Shown here piece after piece: positions 57,873 through 64,000 of a stretch of DNA of 64,000 nt. A model generated the notes under the pieces. It searched no databases and was not told where the DNA came from. It was given only the letters and a program-made list of their open reading frames with translations. The stretch spans positions 27,745 through 91,744 of the forward strand of contig JAJZQO010000005.1 in NCBI GenBank assembly GCA_021847575.1. The letters run 5' to 3'. The position numbers and the translations under genes are program-made. The number at the start of each line of letters is the position of its first letter. Position 1 is the first letter of the stretch. The DNA comes from Bacillota bacterium (GTDB taxonomy: Bacteria > Bacillota > Sulfobacillia > JAJZYS01 > JAJYTV01).

Positions 57873-58723
57873 ACGACGGCGTCCTGCTCGTCGTGAAGCC
57901 CCCTGGTTGCTCGTCGCAGGACATCGCGCACGCCATGCGCCGCCTGCTCGGGGCGCCGTGCGGGCATCTCGGCACGCTGGATCCGCTGGCGGCGGGCCTC
58001 ATGGTGGTGGCGGCGGGCCGCGCGACGCGTCTCGTCCGCTATGCCGAGGGCCGCGAGAAGGAGTACGTCGCGGAGATCTGGCTCGGCCTGGGCACGGCGA
58101 GCCAGGACTTCGCGGAGCCCCCGGCAGCGCGGGCCGACGCGGGCTGGCTGACCTTGGCCGGGGTCGAGTCGGCCATCGCGGCCGAACAGCAGAAGACGAT
58201 GCAGCGACCGCCGGACTTTTCGGCGAGACAGGTGGGTGGCGAGCGCGCCTACCACGCGGCCCGGCAAGGCCGGCGCCTCGATCTGCCTGAGCGGCCCGCG
58301 AGGCTGCTCGGGGCCGAGGTGCTGGCGTTCAGGCCGGGGGAAGTGGCGCGTCTGCGCGTACGCCTAGTGGTCTCCTCGGGCTACTATGTGCGCTCGCTCG
58401 CGCGCGATCTCGGCCAGCGCCTGCATCTGCCGGGTGTCCTCGCGGCGCTGGTGCGCACGGCCAGCGGACCCTACCGGCTCGCAGCGGCGCGCACGCTCGA
58501 GGAGGAACCGCAACTGCTGCCGATGGACAAGCTTGTCGACCACCTGCCGGCCGTCGAACTCGGCCCTGCGGAAGGGCGGCGGCTCGCCCACGGCCAGCGC
58601 CTGCCGCTGGCGGGAGAGCGGCGGGGACTCTGCGCCGCCTATGTCGGCGGCCGGCTTGTCGCCGTCGTCGATGCCCGCGACGGAGTCTTCCACCCCGAGA
58701 CCGTCCTGGCTATGGAGGATTGA
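57869..58723 (+). CDS. truB: tRNA pseudouridine(55) synthase
   Basis: GVLLVVKPPGCSSQD ... GHLGTLDPLAAGLMVV catalytic-Asp motif. Confidence 0.9.
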   Translation: MNDGVLLVVKPPGCSSQDIAHAMRRLLGAPCGHLGTLDPLAAGLMVVAAGRATRLVRYAEGREKEYVAEIWLGLGTASQDFAEPPAARADAGWLTLAGVESAIAAEQQKTMQRPPDFSARQVGGERAYHAARQGRRLDLPERPARLLGAEVLAFRPGEVARLRVRLVVSSGYYVRSLARDLGQRLHLPGVLAALVRTASGPYRLAAARTLEEEPQLLPMDKLVDHLPAVELGPAEGRRLAHGQRLPLAGERRGLCAAYVGGRLVAVVDARDGVFHPETVLAMED

Positions 58724-58729
58724 TCCCTC

Positions 58730-59665
58730 GTGTGGCTTGACGTGACGAACCTCGCGGAGCCGCTCGGCGGCGCCGTCGCGATCGGGAACTTCGATGGGGT
58801 GCACCTCGGCCATCGCGCCGTGGTGGGGCACCTGCACGAGACGGGTCTGCCGAGCGCCGTGCTGGTGCCCGACCCGCATCCGCTGACGGTGCTCGGACAC
58901 GCCCAGCCGCTCCTGACCGAGATGCCTCTGCGCGGGCGGCTGCTCAAGGCCGCCGGGGTGGAGCACCTGGTGCGCCTGCCGTTCGACAGGCGCATGGCCG
59001 ACATGGAGCCGGACGCCTTCGTGCAGGAGATCATCCTCGAGCGGCTGCGGCCGCGGCATGTCGTCGTAGGCTTCAACTTCACCTACGGACGCGGTGCCAA
59101 GGGCGACGTCGAGCGCCTGCAGGCGTCCCTCCAGGAGGCGGGCGTGCCGCTGGAGGTGGTGGCGCCGACGCTCTTCGACGGCGCAGTCGTGTCGTCGAGC
59201 CGCGTCCGTCGCGCATTGGGCCTGGGCGATCTGGCACTGGCGACGGCCCTGCTCGGCAGGCCGCACGTGGTGGCGGGAACGGTGCGCCCAGGCAAGGGAC
59301 GCGGCAGGACGATCGGCTTCCCCACGGCGAACGTCGCAACGGACGCGGCCGTCGCGTTGCCCGCCATAGGCGTCTACGCCGTGCGCTGCCGCATCGGCGA
59401 CAAGGTGCTGGACGGCGTCGCCAACCTCGGGCCGCGCCCGACCTTCGCGGAAGGCGAGAGCCTGCTCGAGGTCCATCTCCTGCACTTCGCGGGCGATCTC
59501 TACGGCCTTCGTGCGGAGGTGGCGTTCATCGGGCGCCTGCGCGGCCAGCTGCGATTTCAGGACGCGGACGCCCTGCGCCGCCAGATTGGCGAGGACGCCT
59601 TGGCCGCCGAGGAAATGCTTGGCGTTGCGACAGCCGGATGGGATATGCTAGGATGGCCGGGATAG
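58730..59665 (+). CDS. ribF: Bifunctional riboflavin kinase / FMN adenylyltransferase
   Basis: N-terminal FAD-synthetase (AIGNFDGVHLGH) and a C-terminal riboflavin kinase (GRTIGFPTAN ... ). GTG start. Confidence 0.9.
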   Translation: MWLDVTNLAEPLGGAVAIGNFDGVHLGHRAVVGHLHETGLPSAVLVPDPHPLTVLGHAQPLLTEMPLRGRLLKAAGVEHLVRLPFDRRMADMEPDAFVQEIILERLRPRHVVVGFNFTYGRGAKGDVERLQASLQEAGVPLEVVAPTLFDGAVVSSSRVRRALGLGDLALATALLGRPHVVAGTVRPGKGRGRTIGFPTANVATDAAVALPAIGVYAVRCRIGDKVLDGVANLGPRPTFAEGESLLEVHLLHFAGDLYGLRAEVAFIGRLRGQLRFQDADALRRQIGEDALAAEEMLGVATAGWDMLGWPG

Positions 59666-59877
59666 GAGGAGGTGGGTCGGCTCTGGACGACTACGGACCA
59701 GAGGAACTCCTGCAGCGGTTCACCTCGATCGTCCTCTCCCGCGAGTTCCGGGTCTTGCGGCGGCGTCTCGAGGTGTTCTACCGCGAGACGGGTGCTCAGG
59801 ATGCCCGCGAGCAGGCGTTCGTCGAGGCGCTGTATGCGATCTGGGAACCGGATCGGCCACGGGCTGAACTGCACTAG
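59638..59877 (+). CDS. Small hypothetical protein (about 79 aa) between ribF and rpsO
   Basis: The open frame has high third-position GC typical of genuine genes here. It overlaps the ribF 3' end by 28 nt. Start ambiguous: ATG 59638 or 59653; an AGGAGGAGGTG run lies internally. No homology recognised. Confidence 0.35.
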   Translation: MGYARMAGIGGGGSALDDYGPEELLQRFTSIVLSREFRVLRRRLEVFYRETGAQDAREQAFVEALYAIWEPDRPRAELH

Positions 59878-59939
59878 CCTTCTCAATTTGCACCCCCGCC
59901 CGGCAGCGGCTGAGCGGCGGGCACGTAGGAGGATCGGGA

Positions 59940-60209
59940 TTGGCGCTCGAAAGCACGAAGAAGCAGGGTATCATGGTGAAGTACGGCAGGCATGAAGGCG
60001 ACACAGGGTCGCCGGAGGTGCAGATCGCCCTTCTCACGGAGCGGATCACGTATCTCACCGACCACCTGCGGCAGCACAAGAAGGATTTCCATTCGCGGCG
60101 AGGTCTTCTGAAGATGGTCGGTCGGCGTCGCGCACTGCTCAAGTACCTGCGCGCGAACGAGCCGGACCGCTACCGGGCGATCGCCGAGCAGTTGGGACTT
60201 CGGCACTGA
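59940..60209 (+). CDS. rpsO: 30S ribosomal protein S15
   Basis: [56 protein letters not shown] start 8 nt after AGGAGG. Confidence 0.92.
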   Translation: MALESTKKQGIMVKYGRHEGDTGSPEVQIALLTERITYLTDHLRQHKKDFHSRRGLLKMVGRRRALLKYLRANEPDRYRAIAEQLGLRH

Positions 60210-60212
60210 GCG

Positions 60213-60241
60213 AGGGAGCGGGGCAACCCGCTCCCTCTTTA
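60213..60241 (+). terminator. rpsO terminator / rpsO-pnp intergenic processing hairpin
   Basis: Perfect 11-bp stem GAGGGAGCGGG / CCCGCTCCCTC with a GCAA tetraloop followed by TTT, starting 3 nt after the rpsO stop. Confidence 0.5.
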
Positions 60242-60281
60242 GCCTTGGGCCGGCGGTGGACGGGAGAAGGAGGGCGCTGCC

Positions 60282-62378
60282 TTGTCGGTAGTGCGCGTGG
60301 AGACGCAATGGGGTGGACGCCGGCTCGTGCTTGAGACGGGTCGGCTCGCGAAGCAGGCGAACGGTGCGGTAATGGTCAGCTATGGGGACACGGTGGTGCT
60401 GGCGACGGCTGTGGCCTCGCGGACACCGCGGGAAGGCATCGACTTCTTCCCGCTGACGATCGACTACGAGGAGCGCCTGTATGCGGTCGGGCGCATTCCT
60501 GGCGGCTACATCAAGCGCGAAGGCCGCGCAAGCGAGAAGGGCATCCTTTCGGCGCGCCTGACGGACAGGGCTCTCAGGCCCCTCTTTCCCAAGGGCTTCC
60601 ACAACGACGTGCAGGTGATCATCACCGTCCTCTCGGTGGAGCACGACTGCCCCGTCGAGATCGCGGGCATGATCGGCGCCTCGGCTTCTCTGCACATCTC
60701 CGACATCCCGTTCGACGGACCGGTGGCCGGCGCGGTCGTCGGGTACCTGGACGGCGGCTACGTGCTGAACCCGACGCTCGAGCAGGACGACCAGAGCCGG
60801 ATGCACCTCGCGGTGGCGAGCAAGCGCGACGCCGTCGTCATGATCGAGGCCGGCGCGCACCGCGTGTCGGAGCAGGAGGTTCTCGACGCCATCCGCTTCG
60901 GCTTCGACCAGAACCAGACGGTGATCGCCCTGCAGGAGGAGTTGCGCCAGAAGGCGGGCCGCGCGAAGGGCGACTACCCGATCGTGCCCCCTTCGGACGA
61001 GATCCGCTCGGCCGTCGAGGAGGTGCTCGCCGGACGGCTCGAGGGCGCCATGCGCAACGCCGACAAGCTGCAGCGCGAAGGGGACACCGCCCTGCTGGAG
61101 CAGGAAGTCACCGCGGCACTCGCCGAGCGCCACCCCGGCCGTGGCCTCGAGGTGCAGGACGCGCTGAAGGCCGCCCGGAAGGCTGTCATGCGCCGCCTCA
61201 TCCTGCGTGAGGGCGTGCGGGCCGATGGCCGGCGCCTCGACGAGATCCGGCCGATTTCGGTCGAGGTCTCGGTGTTGCCGCGCACGCACGGTTCCGGCCT
61301 CTTTACGCGCGGGCAGACGCAGGTGATGACGACCTGCACGCTCGGCGCCATCTCGGACATGCAGCGCCTTGACGACATCGGCTCCGACGAGTCCAAGCGC
61401 TATATCCACCACTACAACTTCCCGCCCTTCTCGACGGGCGAGACGCGGCCACTCCGCGCGCCGAGCCGCCGCTCGATCGGGCACGGTGCACTTGCGGAGC
61501 GTTCGCTGCTGCCCATGATTCCGGCCGAGGAGAAGTTCCCCTACACGATTCGCCTCGTCTCCGAGGTGCTCGAGTCCAACGGCTCGACGTCGATGGCGTC
61601 GGTCTGCGGCTCGACGCTCGCCCTGATGGACGCCGGCGTGCCGATCGAGGCGCCCGTCGCCGGCGTCGCGATGGGCCTCGTCAAGGAAGGCGACGAGGTG
61701 GCGGTGCTCACCGACATCCAGGGTCTCGAGGACGAACTCGGCGACATGGACTTCAAGGTGGCGGGCACGGCCGATGGCGTCAACGCCATCCAGATGGACA
61801 TCAAGATCGGCGGGCTCGACTGGGCCATCCTCGAGCGGGCGCTCGAGCAGGCCCGCCAGGGCCGCCTGTTCATCCTCGGCAAGATGCTCGAGGTGCTGCC
61901 CGAGCCGCGCACCGAGATGTCGCCGCACGCGCCGCGCATCACAGTCATCCACATCAACCCCGACAAGATCCGCGAGGTGATCGGACCAGGCGGCAAGATG
62001 ATCAACAAGATCATCGACGAGACGAAGATCGGCCAGAAGAAGGTCGAGATCGACATCCACGACGACGGTACGATCTACATCGCGGCGGTCAACGCCGAGA
62101 CGGCCAAGCAGGCGATCGACCGCATCCAGGCCATCGTCAAGGAGCCGGAGGTGGGCGAGGTCTACCACGGGCGCGTGACGCGCCTGATGAACTTCGGCGC
62201 CTTCGTCGAGATCCTGCCTGGCAAGGAAGGCCTCGTGCACATCTCGCAGCTCGCCCTCGACCGCGTCGGCAAGGTGGAGGATGTGGTGAAGGTCGGCGAC
62301 GAGATTGACGTCAAGGTTGTCGAGATCGACCAGATGGGACGGCTCAATTTGTCGCACAAGGCGCTCTTGACGCGCTGA
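60282..62378 (+). CDS. pnp: Polyribonucleotide nucleotidyltransferase (PNPase)
   Basis: Two RNase PH domains, a KH domain and an S1 domain, 698 aa. TTG start 8 nt after GGAGGG. Confidence 0.92.
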   Translation: MSVVRVETQWGGRRLVLETGRLAKQANGAVMVSYGDTVVLATAVASRTPREGIDFFPLTIDYEERLYAVGRIPGGYIKREGRASEKGILSARLTDRALRPLFPKGFHNDVQVIITVLSVEHDCPVEIAGMIGASASLHISDIPFDGPVAGAVVGYLDGGYVLNPTLEQDDQSRMHLAVASKRDAVVMIEAGAHRVSEQEVLDAIRFGFDQNQTVIALQEELRQKAGRAKGDYPIVPPSDEIRSAVEEVLAGRLEGAMRNADKLQREGDTALLEQEVTAALAERHPGRGLEVQDALKAARKAVMRRLILREGVRADGRRLDEIRPISVEVSVLPRTHGSGLFTRGQTQVMTTCTLGAISDMQRLDDIGSDESKRYIHHYNFPPFSTGETRPLRAPSRRSIGHGALAERSLLPMIPAEEKFPYTIRLVSEVLESNGSTSMASVCGSTLALMDAGVPIEAPVAGVAMGLVKEGDEVAVLTDIQGLEDELGDMDFKVAGTADGVNAIQMDIKIGGLDWAILERALEQARQGRLFILGKMLEVLPEPRTEMSPHAPRITVIHINPDKIREVIGPGGKMINKIIDETKIGQKKVEIDIHDDGTIYIAAVNAETAKQAIDRIQAIVKEPEVGEVYHGRVTRLMNFGAFVEILPGKEGLVHISQLALDRVGKVEDVVKVGDEIDVKVVEIDQMGRLNLSHKALLTR

Positions 62379-62406
62379 GCCGCCGTCCCGGGGGGAGGGA
62401 GACCGG

Positions 62407-63090
62407 TTGACAGCGTTTCTCTGGGTCGCGGCGATCGCCACGGTGGTCGTCGGTGGGGTGCTCGCGGGACAGCTCGGCAAGAAGTACCTTGCCAAACATC
62501 GGCCATATGCACTGTGGTGGACGGTGTCGTTCGTCCTGGCCAGTCTGGCCGCGTTGACGCAACTGATCGCCTTCGCCCAGGGCGGCTTCGCGGCCTGGGA
62601 CTTCCGCAGCTACATCGTGCTGTCGGCCGCCGTGCCCGGCTTCATGGGCGCCGGCACCATCTACCTGATCTGGCGCCGCTTCGGCCACTGGTTCCTCGGG
62701 GCCATCTGGCTCTTCTCTCTGGTCGCCCTGATCGGCGCGGCCACGACCAGCCTGCACCCGGCACTCCTCGGCAACGTCCTCCAGGCATCCGCACGGGTCT
62801 CGAACGTGGCCCCGGGCGCCATGGTGACGCTCGCCTACATCCTGCTCGGCACGCTGGGCGGCGCCGCGCTGATCCTCGGTGCCCTGTACTCCTGGTGGCG
62901 CTCCCGCCAGTCCTACAACCTCCTGATCGCCTTGGGCGGCCTCGTCTTCGTGGTCGCGGACACGAGCGCCGGGCTCGGCTCCGGCCTGCTCTTCTTCCCA
63001 GGCCAGATCATCGGCATGCTGCTCCTGTACTTCGGTGTGGCGGGCAGCCAAGAGGTGCCCAGAAAAAGCGAGATGACGCGCACCGCCTGA
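62407..63090 (+). CDS. Polytopic membrane protein (hypothetical, about 7 TM)
   Basis: 227 aa, hydrophobic throughout. TTG start after GGGGGGAGGGAGACCGG. No family recognised. Confidence 0.5.
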   Translation: MTAFLWVAAIATVVVGGVLAGQLGKKYLAKHRPYALWWTVSFVLASLAALTQLIAFAQGGFAAWDFRSYIVLSAAVPGFMGAGTIYLIWRRFGHWFLGAIWLFSLVALIGAATTSLHPALLGNVLQASARVSNVAPGAMVTLAYILLGTLGGAALILGALYSWWRSRQSYNLLIALGGLVFVVADTSAGLGSGLLFFPGQIIGMLLLYFGVAGSQEVPRKSEMTRTA

Positions 63091-63188
63091 GCCGCGACCG
63101 CTGCGACGCCGCCCCCCCGGGGGCGGCGTCGTTCGTCGTTGCCGCGCCGCTTGCCGCTTGGGGCACGCTAGCCAGGGAGGGGTGTCCA

Positions 63189-63887
63189 TTGCTGGCCATG
63201 ATCATGAGCCTCCTTTTGCAGGCTTCTGCGTACCCGCCCGAGCTGCGCCAGGTGCCGACGACGCGCCCTGTCGTGGCCTTCACCGTGAACGTGGTCTGGG
63301 GCAGCGAGCACCTGCCGTCGATCGTCAAGGCCTTGCGGGCGCAAGGCGCCAAAGCCACCTTCTTCCTCGGCGGCAAGTGGGCCGAGGCGAACCCTGACCT
63401 CGCGCGCATGCTGGTCAAGTCGGGCATGGAGATCGGCAGCCATGGCGACGGCCACCGGCATGTCGGCAGTCTCGGCGTGGCGGACAACGTGCGCGAGATC
63501 GCCCTGGCCGACGAGAAGATCGCGCGTGCGACAGGCGTGCACCCGACGCTTTACGCTCCGGCCTACGGGGAACTGAGCCCGGCTGTGCACGAGGCTGCGC
63601 GCCGCGAGGGCGTGCGGGTCGTGATGTGGAGCATCGACACGATCGACTGGCGCACCTGGCACACGCCCGACATCATCCGGGGCCGCGTCATGTCGCGGCT
63701 GAGGCCCGGCGCGATCGTGCTGATGCACCCGACCGACCGCACGCTGGCGGCCCTGCCGCAGCTGCTGGCGGACCTCAGGGCCCGCGGCTATCGGGTGGTC
63801 TCGGTCCAGGAACTGCTGAAGGCGGCAGGACGGGAGGCGCCTGCGGGCGAAAGAGGAGGCATGCAAAGGCTGAGGACGATTGCTTGA
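63189..63887 (+). CDS. Polysaccharide deacetylase (NodB-homology domain; YlxY/PdaB-like, conserved downstream of pnp)
   Basis: VVAFTVNVVWGSEH ... ATFFLGGKWAE ... HGDGHRH ... LMHPTD motifs (metal-binding His). TTG 63189 is 7 nt after GGGAGGGG; the alternative is ATG 63198. Confidence 0.8.
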   Translation: MLAMIMSLLLQASAYPPELRQVPTTRPVVAFTVNVVWGSEHLPSIVKALRAQGAKATFFLGGKWAEANPDLARMLVKSGMEIGSHGDGHRHVGSLGVADNVREIALADEKIARATGVHPTLYAPAYGELSPAVHEAARREGVRVVMWSIDTIDWRTWHTPDIIRGRVMSRLRPGAIVLMHPTDRTLAALPQLLADLRARGYRVVSVQELLKAAGREAPAGERGGMQRLRTIA

Positions 63888-64000
63888 ACCCATCCGGCTG
63901 AGATCCGGCCTGACGCTCGTCGTTGAGGAGGCGCCCTGGCAGCAGGGCGTCTCGCTCGGCCTCTTCGTGCGCGCCGGGGTGGTGGACGAGCCGCCGGGGC
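63880..64000 (+). CDS. Peptidase M16 (MlpA/YmxG-like zinc protease), N-terminal fragment; the 3' end is cut by the window edge
   Basis: IRLRSGLTLVVEEAPWQQGVSLGLFVRAGVVDEPPG matches the M16 N-terminus immediately preceding the HxxEH region. The start overlaps the deacetylase stop. Confidence 0.55.
   Translation, partial: MLEPIRLRSGLTLVVEEAPWQQGVSLGLFVRAGVVDEPPG

Noticed and set aside
62514-63887. 457-aa plus-strand ORF spanning the membrane-protein gene and the deacetylase
   Set aside because: Its N-terminal 225 residues are an alternative frame of the 62407-63090 membrane protein. The real gene is the C-terminal NodB domain starting at about 63189.

Overview
This 64-kb window comes from a high-GC (about 68-70%) bacterial chromosome with an unmistakably Firmicutes/Clostridia-type gene order. 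The conserved blocks are fabF-rnc; smc-ftsY ... ylxM-ffh-rpsP-KH-rimM-trmD-rplS-lepB-rbgA-rnhB; topA-xerC-hslVU; rpsB-tsf-pyrH-frr-uppS-cdsA-dxr-rseP-ispG-proS-polC; and rimP-nusA-ylxR-ylxQ-infB-ylxP-rbfA-nrnA-truB-ribF-rpsO-pnp-ylxY-mlpA. That arrangement fits a Symbiobacterium/Thermaerobacter-like high-GC clostridial lineage, but this is inference from synteny and composition only. Most of the window is core translation, replication and cell-envelope backbone. I found no rRNA, tRNA, CRISPR array or transposase. The accessory content is four insertions into that backbone. (1) An ~11-kb island sits between ftsY and ylxM. It carries a rhodanese, an extra RpoD-family sigma factor, a large secreted repeat protein, an Asp23-family gene, two paralogous small histidine-rich proteins that I do not recognise, an orphan atypical response regulator and a small M50 protease. 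(2) A tightly packed TusA / SQR-like / DUF1641-like / DsrE-like sulfur-relay operon lies between hslU and rpsB. (3) hutU plus an amino-acid permease sit between rnc and smc. (4) A CotJC-like Mn-catalase lies next to polC. Start-codon anomalies recur: smc, ylxP and probably rpsP and infB have homology-defined N-termini that line up on CTG codons behind well-spaced Shine-Dalgarno motifs. ylxQ has no in-frame stop for 1.1 kb. All calls rest on translation of the supplied ORFs and manual motif and hairpin inspection; no database searches were run.
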